Shown here: positions 13,135 to 24,419 of the stretch, in pieces | How positions within the stretch are numbered: position 1 is the stretch's first letter | How the letters are laid out: every line of letters begins with the position of its first letter | Source of the DNA: Harriotta raleighana | Lineage: Eukaryota | NCBI GenBank assembly: GCA_050575255.1 | Contig: JBNZDD010013621.1 | Coordinates: 2,119,412 to 2,183,411, forward strand | Direction of reading: 5' to 3' | DNA: 64,000 nucleotides | Notes under the pieces: model-generated | The model's input: the letters and a program-made list of their open reading frames with translations, nothing else | Database searches by the model: none | Told to the model about the DNA's origin: nothing | Translations under genes and position numbers: made by a program

Positions 13135-13510
13135 GGAGTCCTGTAGCTCAGCGGTTAGAGCACTTGCTTTGCAAGTTAGAGACCTGGGTTCAATTCCAGG
13201 CAGGGTGAAAAATTACGCAAGTTTCATTACTACACTATGTTTACCTAGCAGTAAATAGGAACCCGGTTTTTAATTGATTGGTGGTTCGCTTTCTCAGGGG
13301 TAACGATTCTTTCAAAACAAATAAATAAATTGGTCACTTCAATCCACGACTACTTGTGGGACACTGCTGTGCGCAATTGGCTGCCGTGTTTCGCCCACAA
13401 AATATACAGTCGATTCATTTCACAGTATATTCTGTGAGGTCCTTTGAGATACATCGAAAATATGATCAATCGTTGTATCAAATGGAAGGATTATTATTTA
13501 TTATTATTTA
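13135..13510 (+). mobile_element. Deu-domain SINE, long subfamily, full length
   Basis: ggagtcctgtagctcagcggttagagc, B-box ggttcaattcc, tttacctagcagtaaatagg, Deu core, (TTA)n tail. Confidence 0.92.
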
Positions 13511-13699
13511 TTTAGTATGTGTATGTTTCAGAATAAACATGAGAAATTGTTGGATAGAAGTATTCGTCATTAAACATCGCTAATTCATCCTCATATTAAA
13601 AACGTCAGTGGTAAATCTGAGTTAATACAGACTAATATTTAAGTTACATTGAGATGAGCAACTTCTTGAATCAGGCATAAGGAAATTCACAAGATGACG

Positions 13700-13980
13700 A
13701 TATTAATCTGGATGAAGAAGGCCTTTTGGCCCAATTTGATCTCATCTGCCAGAACATCCACCCTATCGTTTTATTATCACTGCATCAAGCTGCTTTTTAA
13801 TTGTATCTAGCCTCTATCACCTTTTCTGGCAACCTGTCCCAGTCAAAATAATCCTCTGCGTAAAGGAAAGCTTTCAAGTATGTGTTGTGAAATTGCGTTT
13901 CACAACTCCAAACCTACGTCCTTTTGTTCTACTTTCTTGATACATGCTAAAATATCGATCCTCGTTTACTTTTTCATTTC
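13700..13980 (-). mobile_element. Ancient CR1-type LINE 3' fragment
   Basis: 3' end shared with 14880-15220, 40190-40500 and 56570-56962. Confidence 0.6.
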
Positions 13981-14074
13981 GATACATTTACCCTTCTGAG
14001 CCACCCAAACATTTTCCCTGAGACAAGCATAATCCAGACACTAAAAGTGTGTGACAATGCCTCACAACAACAAC

Positions 14075-14420
14075 TTTTCCCCCTTTCTCCCCTGGCCCCA
14101 CTTCCACGACTGTTTGTGGGACACTGTTGTGCGTAATTTGGCCACAAAGACCCACGGTTTTCCTGCTCTCCTTCCCGCTACCCCGACCCCTCCCCTTACC
14201 CTCTTTCCCCCTTTTCTCCTCATAACCCACTTCTACGACTGATTGTGGAACACTGTTGTGCGCAATTTGGCTGCCGCGTTTTGCCCACAAATATGCAGTC
14301 AATTTTCCTACGCTCCTTCCCCCTCTCCCCCTGCTCTGATCCCTACCTGATCAGCGTCTTGGGACGTCCTCCCGACATGAAAGGCGCTATACAGATGTAA
14401 TTTTGGTTGAATTTTTTTTA
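14075..14420 (+). mobile_element. Chimeric Deu-core + L2 type-A tail element (copy 1)
   Basis: Two tandem Deu cores, junction cagtcaattttccta, pyrimidine tract, cttgggacgtcctcccgacatgaaaggcgctataca tail. Confidence 0.75.
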
Positions 14421-14879
14421 TTGAACTTGTATTGATATGCTTTACGCACACTTTACGCAGGATAGTGTCTTGGACCACTGAATAATGGCAGAGTTTGATC
14501 CTGAGCCAGGAGAAAGTGTTTCTAAGATGATCAAAGATGAAAGTCTCTGCCATGAAGTGAATAATCACTTTGTTTTATTATAATTGATAATAAAAATTCG
14601 TACTTTTCCTATCATTTTAATTTCATAAGAAATAATTTATGTTTCATTTTCCTTTCCATTTCTTTGGCAATCATTGATTCACGCTTGCCTTTTGTCTGGT
14701 AATGAATAGCTTTCTGGGTAGTGGTGTTAATCCTCTTGACCACCTCCAGTATTAGTTTCATTCACATGCTTAGACAGTAGCATCATTTTGGTAATTCTGC
14801 CTTGGTACAGAAGAAGATGGATTTCTCATTTCATCTGGAATTTCTAGAGGGGCAATTACATCTGTGAGTAATGATTAAG

Positions 14880-15220
14880 CAACTCCTTTCAGTTTTGAGA
14901 GAAGATAATCGAAGGAGGACCTTCTAAAGGTATATATAATTTTAAATGAGATTAAAAGGACTAAACCCGGAATAATACTTTAGCATGAACTATCAAAGGA
15001 GAACAAGAGGACATTAATTTAGATTTAAAGGGCAATTTCAAGACAGACACCAGATTTTCTTTATCCAGAGGGTAATTAATAACTAGAACTGGTTGTCAGG
15101 AGGGTAGATGAGGTCACAAAACTGGCATCATTTAAAAAGCATGTGATGTCTGAAAAGTAGGGTGGGTATTCTAGAGGAATGAGATCGAAGAGGCTGCTTC
15201 ATCTGAACCAATCTTCTACT
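14880..15220 (+). mobile_element. Ancient CR1-type LINE 3' fragment
   Basis: GDLLKVYIILN and RTRGH peptides; ends cttcatctgaac. Confidence 0.7.
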
Positions 15221-15507
15221 GAAGTCTTACAGTCATACAGTTATTCTTTGAGTGATGATGGCACCATATAATAACATTCCCTTATTCAAAATTAATGGCA
15301 CTATTAGAAAAGTAAACGGACTTTCATCCAGCGTCCAAGGCAACAATCACTCAAATAATATTGGTAACTCACTCCATGGCTATTTTTGGAACATTGCTGT
15401 ATGCAATTGGGTTGCTGCGTTCGCCTACACATACTCAGTCGTTCCACTTTACCATAAATCCTGTGAAACATTTGAGACATCTTCCTGATGTGAAAGGTAC
15501 TGTACCA

Positions 15508-15820
15508 GGTAGTCCGGTAGCTCAGTGGTTGGAGCACTTGCTTTATAAGTGAAAAACCTGGGTTCAACTCCAGGCAGGGGAAAATGCTAGGCAAGTTTCC
15601 TTGCTCCTCATGCCTAATAATAATCCCTCCAAACAAAAACAATAATAATTTGGTCATTTCAATCCATGACTGTTTGTGGAACACTGCTGTTCATAATTGG
15701 CTGGCACGTTTCATCCACATAGTGAGTCCATTCACTTTACAGTATATTCTGTGAAGCACTTGCTGAGACATTGATAAGATAAGAAAAGTGCTATATCAAA
15801 TGTTAGAATTATTATTATTA
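15508..15820 (+). mobile_element. Deu-domain SINE, short subfamily
   Basis: A/B boxes, Deu core, (TTA)n tail. Confidence 0.9.
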
Positions 15821-16332
15821 CAGTAAAAGCCTGTTTATCCGTGACTCGATGAACCGGAACTTCCGTATAACCGTCACGTCAAAAAAAAAATCTCCATCTG
15901 ATGAACCGGAAGTTATCCAGTACAATAGCGGTAGTGTACTTAATGAATCGATTATCACATGAGAGACTGTACAGGTATTTCAGCTTGCTGATAGTAGAGC
16001 CTGCCATTTTTTTTAAAGTCGCGCTGCCGTTTTTTTTCCTCCTGTGGAGGCTGCCATAGCAGAAGTTAAGTATAAATGACGAAGTACTAATACAATATTC
16101 TGTTATTACAGTATCTGTTATTACTGTATTTAGTCTATTATTTATATGGTACAGTGTACAACATTTACAATAAAGTACCCATACAATATTCTGTTATTAT
16201 CTGTTATTATTTAGTCTGACATGGTATGTGTTGAAATAAGTTATTTTTTGTGTTGGGTTTTCGGTGATGGATCCAACCATTTAATCGGCATTGACCAGGT
16301 CCTGAGGGTGCTGGATAAATGGGCTTTTGCTG
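15821..16332. mobile_element. Tc1/mariner (Tigger/pogo-like) non-autonomous DNA transposon
   Basis: TIRs cagtaaaagcctgtttatcc / ggataaatgggcttttgctg with TA at 15819-20 and 16333-34. Confidence 0.88.
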
Positions 16333-16576
16333 TACTGTATTCTGTGAAGTGCTTTGAGACATCTAGAAGATGTGAAAAGCATTATATCAAATGCAAGGAT
16401 TATTACCAAATGCAAAGATTATTATTATGTTTGCTACTAAAGGAAAAACTTACCATGTGTCCATAGATTTGTTAAAATCAAATACACTCTTCCAAAATGA
16501 TGGGCAATGAACCCTGAACATTCTCTGAATGCCACTTTATGCTTTCTGTAATATAGGATTAACAGTAAACCACAAA

Positions 16577-16775
16577 GGGCCTGAAATTCCACCTCATCTT
16601 CATCTTTTAAAATATAACATTGTAGAGATGTTTGGAAAATTCTTTAATTCATTTTGACTTTTTGGAAACTGGTTCTCTACAGCTGTTAAGAAGGATAAGC
16701 TTCCAAAACAAGGGCTGAATTGAAGAATTTTTCATAATTCTGCAGGTCTTTAAATTTTAAGACCAAACAGTTTTT
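16577..16775. repeat. Palindromic repeat family P, copy 1
   Basis: Starts ggcctgaaattccacct as at 19101; internal arms gaaaattctttaattca/tgaattgaagaattttt and ttttggaaact/agcttccaaaa. Confidence 0.65.
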
Positions 16776-16830
16776 ATAGGTTAAGAGTGAAAGTTTAGGT
16801 CTGACCTCCCAGCTCATCTCCACCCATATA

Positions 16831-17100
16831 TAATAATAATCCTTACGTTTGATATAGCATTTTTCATGTCTTCATGATGTCTCAGAGCACTTCACAGAAT
16901 ATACTAGAAAGTAAATTTACTATGTATTTGTGAGCAAAACACGGCAACCAATTGCACACAGCAGTATCCCACAAACATGGATTGAAATGACCAATTTATT
17001 ATTGTTTCTTTTATTCAAGGGATTATTAAGGAAATTTGTCTAAGATTTTGCTCTGCCGGGAATCAAAGTGGGTGCTCTAATGACTGAGCTACAGGACTTC
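16831..17100 (-). mobile_element. Deu-domain SINE
   Basis: Reverse of tail, core and head (actgagctacaggac). Confidence 0.88.
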
Positions 17101-17179
17101 ACACATAAATCCAGATAAGTATCAATCTTTAGGCATAATTTGGAATCTTTGTGGAGTCCTATAGCTGAGTTTTTTGAAC

Positions 17180-17533
17180 AAGTTCAAGATCCTCACTCTT
17201 GTTTTCAAACCTCTCCACTCCTCTGCACCCTCCTCTCTCCCCAACACAGCACCCGTTGCCTTCATTCCTTTGGTTCTAGTCTCCTCCTTGCTCCCGGAAT
17301 CCTTCACTCCACCATCGTCACCTGTGCCTTCAGCCACTACGCCCCGAAGCTCTGTAACTCCCTTCCTCACTCCCTTCACCTCACCCCCTCTCTTGCTAGT
17401 TTCAGGTCTCAACTGAAGACCTTTCTTTTCGACAGCGCCTTTGGACATCTTTTCCCCTGCCCATAGCTCGGGCCCCGGATCTGTTATTGTGAAGCGCTCT
17501 GAGACGCCCTCCGGCATGGAGGGCACTATATAA
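17180..17533 (+). mobile_element. L2 LINE 3' end (type B tail)
   Basis: KFKILTLVFKPLH, FRSQLKTFLF; tail aagcgctctgagacgccctccggcatggagggcactata. Confidence 0.9.
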
Positions 17534-17739
17534 ATCAGAGTTGTTGTCGTTGCTCTGATCAGTTATTGATTGATGTAACTGGAGCTGGTATTTATGCTAG
17601 ATACTAACCAGACCTGTCAAACGTCTTGCCAGGTCAATGTTGGTTTTCAATAAAGTTGGGCTTCCAGGAGAGGCATATGGATGTAAATTCTTGTTGACTT
17701 GTTACTGTTACTGCTTCGTGTCCACTGCCATAACTGCCC

Positions 17740-18023
17740 AATCACCGGTGGTCGGGCTTTCTGCCTCTGCCCCCACATTATGGAACTCCATCTCGCAATC
17801 TCTCCACCTTGCTTCCTCCTTTTCCTCCTTCAAGGCCGGTCTCAAGACCTTCCTCTTCGACCGCGAGTTCGGCTACACCCATGACTCCTCCCCCTCTCCT
17901 ACTCTCCTTCCCCCTCACCCTCCCCCCACCACCCACCTCCGACCTGACCATTCAGTGCTTTGGGACATGCTCCCGACGTGAAAGGCACTATACAAGTGTA
18001 ATTTTGTTGTTGTTCTTGTTGTT
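17740..18023 (+). mobile_element. L2 LINE 3' end (type A tail)
   Basis: APTLWNS..SFKAGLKTFLF; tail tgggacatgctcccgacgtgaaaggcac..(TTG)n. Confidence 0.9.
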
Positions 18024-18399
18024 ATACAATGTCACAACCACCCTCATCTTAAGATGACTCCTATTGGAGCACTATTATGTACTTTGAGACTGCGTTGTGT
18101 TTCCTTCCCTAAACCAATTGTAAATAGTTTGGATGATTTGGTTACTCAACTGTATTCTGTATTACGTAAGTTTAAATTTTGATGAAGCCGACAGATCCCG
18201 ACTAAAGCCGATGATTCCTCGACTGGCTGGCTCCACGCGCAATGCATTCTTGGATAAGGTTTAGATAACTCTTCAGCCTCAGAGCATCCTATTGATATAA
18301 CATGGTAAACAGAAGAGACAGAGAGAGAGAACAGTAATTTAGCCTAGCTGTGGTTTTATTGCTTTATTCCTTTTTTTTATTGCTTTACTGCTTTGTTAT

Positions 18400-18758
18400 C
18401 ACTTTATAGCAATCTCTGCTCTCCCCCTTGCCCCCAAGCAGCTGTCTGATTCCCTCCAGCCCCCGATCCTGAGCGGCTCTCTGCTCCCCCGACCCCTCCC
18501 ACGGCCCCAAGCAACTCTCTGCTCCCCCCAGCTCCCCGGCCTGAGCGGCTCTCTGCTCTCCCCCCGGCTCTGAGTGGCTCTTTGCTCCCGTGGCCCACCC
18601 CCGAGCGGCTCTCTGCTCTCTGCGGATTGAGGTAAGTAGCCTGCGACTGGATTCCCCTAACCCCCTTTTCCCATTACTTGTTAAGCTTACCCAACTCGAT
18701 TTTATCGAGTGCGCAGTTTTCCAGGAATGTAACCATCGCGACCAACGAGGGTTAACTG
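18400..18758. mobile_element. Tigger-like DNA transposon right end (left end not seen)
   Basis: Ends cgagggttaactg+TA, the reverse of a CAGTTAACCCTCG-type TIR; CpG-rich interior; left boundary uncertain. Confidence 0.55.
18410..18622 (+). repeat. GC-rich degenerate minisatellite
   Basis: Repeated gagcggctctctgctcccc core. Confidence 0.8.
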
Positions 18759-19100
18759 TACATTGATCCATTATTTTCGAAGGGAAAGTTTAAGAAGTAA
18801 GAAGCAATTTGATCACAAAGGTTATACAGATGAGCTCCGTTTGCAGCAATCTTATTTTGGGGTCAGACATTATTGATCTGTATCCTGAATCACAATTGGA
18901 GTGTATAATCTGGCTCACATTCTGAGCAATACCACAGGGTTGGAGGTTGTTGGAGATTCTGTAATTCAGATGAATTCTTATAAGTGTTCAAAAGAGAGCA
19001 GAAAAGATATTTACCACAACCACAACAGCTTGCATTTATGCCGTGCCCTTCACACAAGGTGGGGTCCCAGAGTGCTTATTTAAGCACTTATTTATATTTA

Positions 19101-19336
19101 AGGTCTGAAATTCCACCTAGCCTCAAGCCATCATCATTTTGTCTTAAAATTTAGTATGAAAGAGAATTATAGAAAATTCTGCAACTCAAGTACTAGTTTG
19201 GAAGCAGTTGACTGCAGTTATTAAAAAGAACCAGCTTTCAGATTATAAGTGAATTTAATTTTCCACAATTCTGAACAAAATTGAATCTCAAGATGAATTG
19301 CTCTTGTAAGCTAAGCCAAGTGAAATTTGGGGGCTT
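19101..19336. repeat. Palindromic repeat family P, copy 2
   Basis: ggtctgaaattccacctag..ccaagtgaaatttgggggc ends; colinear similarity to 16577-16775. Confidence 0.65.
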
Positions 19337-19629
19337 TGGCAAGAATTTTAGGTATGGAATTCATATTCACAATTCGCAAGACCAATATTTTTCGGTAAAT
19401 ATATAACTAATCGTTTCACTTGTGAACATTGTAAACCTTATCAGTCTTCTCCATTAATACTGATTTATTTCTAACAAAGGACCCTTAGTGTTCAAATGTA
19501 GAAAATAAACAAGTGCTCACCATAAGTGTTAGCCTAGTTCAATTGCCTCTTATAATCCTTTCATTTTTTCATTTGATATTGCGCTTTTCACGTCTTCTGG
19601 ATATCTCAAGAAAAAGTAAAAAGTACAGA

Positions 19630-20010
19630 AGTTTGTAGATCCATGTCCTATATTGGACTTGGAACACATATAGGGTGAAATTCCAGTGTGGGACTGGGGC
19701 ATTCTGCATTCTCAGAGGTGCCATCCTTCAGAAGAGATGTCAAAACCAAGGTTTCATCTGCCTTTTCAGGTAGACGTTAAAGATCCCATAGCAACATTCA
19801 AAAAGAGAAGGGAGTTTCTCCCGGTGTTCTAGCCAACAATCCCCAAAGTAAAATTGGTCATTGACTTCATGGCTGTTTGTGGGACAAATGGGCTGCCGCA
19901 TTTGCTTACAAATCCACAATAGCTACATTTTACAATATTTCCCATGAAGCACTTTAAGATGTCCTCTCAACATGGAAGACCCCATGATAAATGTAAGGAT
20001 TATAATTTAT
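19630..20010 (+). mobile_element. Older DeuSINE (SacSINE1-like)
   Basis: gaggtgccatccttcaga, caggtagacgttaaagatccca, gggagtttctcccggtg, tttgtgggac. Confidence 0.8.
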
Positions 20011-20235
20011 ATTCCTCTCTGATTCAGTAAAAAAAAGCTTCTTATTCGCTTCCTGTAGTAACTTGAAGCATTCTCTCTGTAACATATGTTTCGCATTTTG
20101 AGATCTGGTTCTCACAGATAATAGTATCAGCAGGGTCAACTGCATCAGTAAGAAGCACACAGGTCAATGAGTATATTCAACATAAAAACACACAGTCAAG
20201 CATCAAATGTTGTACTCCTGCAGCATATTCAGTAG

Positions 20236-20430
20236 TTGGGAAGTTCTCAAGTTTGATTTCTGGTCCCTGCTTATTTTGGCTCAGTTACCAGTGAGATGCT
20301 GCAATTTACATCAGACACAGAACTGGCAGAACTAGAAAATTCAGCCAGGTTTCCTGCTCTTGGTGGCCATCCAGTACTTTCACAAAGTGTGTGAATAAAA
20401 GGTTTGAGGATAGGATTAGGTTCTCGGTGT
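20236..20430 (+). mobile_element. Ancient tRNA-SINE (AmnSINE2-like, tentative)
   Basis: gaaaattcagccaggtttcctgctc shared with 44285-44500 and 60265-60470. Confidence 0.5.
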
Positions 20431-21239
20431 ATTCGGTGGCTGTTGAAGGCCAACAATGTGGGAAAGATATCAGAAGAGCATTGCTGGAACGTTTGGAACT
20501 GGCACCCACCATGTAAATTTCACATTTATAGAACCTGTGGCATTGTACCAAGAAGTTCCTTAGTATTTGACAAGGGATGAGTGCATATTGATCAGCACAA
20601 AACTATGTGTGCTGGCTTCAAAGGCGCAAAATTTTTAACACAAGAACATAATGTGAGCAAGGGTAATATTTTTGTAAAATTCAGCTTGGAAAATGCCTTG
20701 TCTGTATACTGTATTATGTCAGTCTTTCCAAAATTTCACTTTTTAAAATACTTTAATAAGGACCAGGCACAAATGGATCTTGGGGCAATGAAAGAATTTC
20801 ATAATTTCTGTCAACTTATATTTGTAACAGGTTAAATAAATATGCTTACTGTAGTTTTTATATGTGTGTTAAGTGCATCTAATTAATACCAGAAGGTATC
20901 ACTTTTTCCCAAATCTAATGGATTTTAATAAATGCAAGATGTTGGCAGATATTCAGGATACAATGTTCCTTCTGCAATGCAATATTTGTTTTCTAAAGAT
21001 AAGCAAACCTTCATAAATTTTCTTGTGCTTTGTAAAAGCCACTGAAACTTCTCTTATCATTCATGATACTTTTTGCAAAGTGTCACTTCATAATTTCCTA
21101 CACATATTTTCTAAAATTTCTCCTATTTAATGTAGTTTCCTCTGAAATGATTGAATAAATATTATTTTTGAATATGTATCATTGTGGGAAGGGAGTAGGT
21201 TTGACATATATACAGTATGTGAATTTTTGTTACACATTA

Positions 21240-21636
21240 TAGTAATAATCCATACAGTTGATATCGTGACTTTCACGTTGTGAGGGAATCTCAGAATGTT
21301 TCAGTGTAACGTGTAGTTACTGGGTGTTTGGCAGGAGCCAATTTGCACACAGCAATGTTGCACAAACAGCCATGAATTGAATAACCAATTTTATTTGGGG
21401 ATCGTTGGCTGGGGCATTGAGAGAAACTCCCTTCTCGAACAGGATCTTTAATATCCATTTGAACAAACAGACAGATATAAGTTTAATTCAGTATTCGAAG
21501 GACATCAAATGTGACAATACATCCAGTCTTATACTGAAGTATTATCCTAGAACATGAGCTCAAAGTTCTAATTTGGGGCTTGAACTCTCATCTTGTGACT
21601 CAGAGTTGAGAATGCAACCAACTGAGCCAATCTGAC
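21240..21636 (-). mobile_element. Older full-length DeuSINE (SacSINE1-like)
   Basis: Reverse head caactgagcca, tgactcagag, gagaaactccct, gccaatttgcacacagca. Confidence 0.8.
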
Positions 21637-22544
21637 ATTATCTTCTTCTCATGGTTGCTATTATACTTTCCAACATTCAATTCCAAATCCAAATAAATTT
21701 CCAAGCTCTAACTATTTTGTCCCCACAGGCTTTTCCTCTATTGATTCTCGTTTTAATGAAACTTTAAACTTTAACTTTAATGAAAATAGATTCCATTGCA
21801 ATGTCTTCTGTTCAAGTTGATTCTTTCCCAGGATCTCAAATCTGGAAGGAACTCTGTGGTTCTCTAATTTGTCTCTTTCTCCTATAATTTACAAGCTTTA
21901 AAACACAAGTATCAGCTAAGGATTTATTTTTGATTTATTTTGCTTTTTCTTCTACTGTTTCGAAGCTTGCTGGTGTCCTGCACTAAAATCCTTGGCTCGT
22001 CAATTTGGATGTCCTAGTTCAAAAATAGTGTACCGTACAAAATGTAAGTGATACATTGGAGGAGGAACAAAGCAGCCGAAGACAAATCACATGGCAATTT
22101 ATCAAGTAAATAATTCATTTTTGGACACATACCCTACATACAACTCAGTTAAATAATCTACTGGTATCAACACATGCCTACAGCCCTGAGACTAAAGAAG
22201 GACAGACACTATGGCATTGAATTTTTGCAAGGTGCTTTATCTCATTGTTTATAGTTATTATGGCATTATCTTGGGGTTAGAAAGCTACTGGTAATGAACA
22301 ATTGCTGTGTGTGTTCTCACAGATATAGCAGATCTAACAGCAAAATGGGAAATAAATCTAAGTGACAAAGGAAAGGGTGAGAGGGGTAGACAAGAAGAGA
22401 TAATTCAAAACGATGCTCTTTAATTGCAATCTCAGCAAGTTCCTTTCATCATCATTCGACCACGTGGAGGTGGGGGCTGGGGGAGTTTCTTTCTCACAAT
22501 TGCACAATTTTCCATTGTTTTCTTCATCAGTTGTTTGATATTCC

Positions 22545-22680
22545 TTGTCTTAGTCTCTAAGATCATTTGTACAATGACCTTGTGCCTCATGAGACCCTCA
22601 AGATGAAATTGAAAGCCTTGGGAGTACATGACCAAATCCTGGATTTTATCTTGAATGTGTACTCCGGTCAACAGTAGAGT
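22545..22680 (+). mobile_element. Decayed non-LTR reverse transcriptase fragment
   Basis: Frame from 22561 reads DHLYNDLVPHETLKMKLKALGVHDQILDFILNVYSGQQ*, resembling RT motif A and the following helix. Confidence 0.5.
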
Positions 22681-22786
22681 ACCAATCGATAAACCTGCTG
22701 TAATAATATCTCAATCATTTGGCCCTTTTGTGGGAAACTCTTTTGTCAACTTCATGGAGAATGGTGACAATTGGTTTCTCACCTGA

Positions 22787-23223
22787 CAACTTCAGTTATG
22801 GGGAAAGGCTAGATAGGTTAAGTTTATTCTTTTTGGAACAGAGAAGATTGAGAGGAGACCCAATAAAGGTTTATAAAATCATGAGGGGATTCGACAAGGT
22901 GAATAAGGAAAAACTGTTTCCACTGGTGACTCGTGGTCACAGATTTAAAATAGTTTCGAAACGAAGCAGAGCGGAGCTGAGGAGAAATGTTTTCACTCAG
23001 CGGATTGTTCAAATCTGGAACGCATTGCCTGAAAAAGGTGGTGAAGGCCAATTCGATAACAGCTTTTAAAAGAGAATTAAATCTTTATTTAGAGAGAACT
23101 GGTCTGTTAGGTTATGGGGAGAGAGCTGGGCAGTGGGATTGAGTTGCTCTTTTCAAAGAGCCGGCACAGACTAGATGGGCTGAAAAGCTTCCTTTTGTGC
23201 TATAAAATTCTATGATTCTATGA
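22787..23223 (+). mobile_element. CR1 LINE 3' end
   Basis: SYGERLDRLSLFFLEQRRLRGD..TRGH..FTQRIVQIWNALP; (attctatg)2 tail. Confidence 0.95.
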
Positions 23224-24124
23224 ACTGAGGGTGGAATATAAAGCTAACTTAAATAGAATAAATTCTTCACAAAATAAATCTGAAAGCAGATATACTCTAA
23301 ATAATAACATCCTAGGGAGTAATTTCAAGGCTATAATCTATTCTTGACATTCAGATGCCTAATATAAATATCCCATTTCCACTCATGCTCTTTGGCATAG
23401 TATGAATTCTATGTTTAGACTGTTGTCCAGGATTTACTCCTAATTATTTATATCCTTGACATAAATGTACAGGTAACCTATGTGAAGAATGTTGAAAAAT
23501 ACATGTGCCTCATATTCTCAGTAAATGTACATCATTGCATTTAGAAATATGAGTTTCAACGTGTTGATACTAGTAATTTATTTTTCCATTCTTTCAGATA
23601 TACTTTTGTGATTTATTTTTATGTTTTGGGGAGATATATTACGCCATCATCAGCTTGTGGAAACTGAAGTTGGCAGCTGTGGAGGAAGGCTAGAACTCAG
23701 AAGTCTGAGAACTGTTAGCTCTCTGCCAACTTGAGTTTCCACAGGAGATGATGGTGTAACATATCTCACAGATACATCCCAGGTTTTGTAGATTAAGGCA
23801 GAAAGAATGGAAAAATAAAGAACCAGCATTGACACAAATCCCAGATGGATTATTATACTGTGTTTACTGAAAGTATAAACAATGTTCTAGAAGTCATATA
23901 TTTGACCCGATTTTACATGTATGCAAACATGCATATAAATTCTAAATATCTATTCTTTGGAACTCCACCTTATGCCTTGCCCTCCTGACCTTCAAAACCT
24001 ACCTTTGAGAACTATCTTATGATTGAGTTTTTATTTTTTCTCTCTTCTCCCAATTGCTCCTCCCAGGTTAGGATCCTAGTTTGTTAATCGAAGCACTTTG
24101 AGATGTCCTCCCAACATGTTTTGG

Positions 24125-24330
24125 TCAGCTGGGTCTCTGATACATGTACAAACCCATCACCTTGTTTAAGAGTATCCAAACCAAATTGAAGGTTCCACTC
24201 ATCCCACTTACACATGGAAATTCCAGAGATATGTATTGGAATGGATTGTACACTCTCTCCCTGGAGGGAAGCATCCTGCTGACCTAATCCAGAGAGTATT
24301 AGGCACAGGTTAGCAAGTGCCAAGATTTGC
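24125..24330 (-). repeat. Unclassified interspersed repeat (family X) copy
   Basis: ggtcagctgggtctctgatac..gtttaagagtatccaaacc..cactctctccctgg..cagagagtattaggcacagg. Confidence 0.75.
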
Positions 24331-24419
24331 AATACATGGAATGTACCCCAAGCTCCAACTGTGAAGAGATGTTGGATTTGAATATCGAGGGCATCCATTC
24401 AGCTGCCTCTGCCATTCTA

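Noticed and set aside
18410-18622. CRISPR-like repeat-spacer array
   Set aside because: Degenerate repeats with irregular low-complexity spacers in vertebrate DNA and no cas genes; this is a minisatellite.
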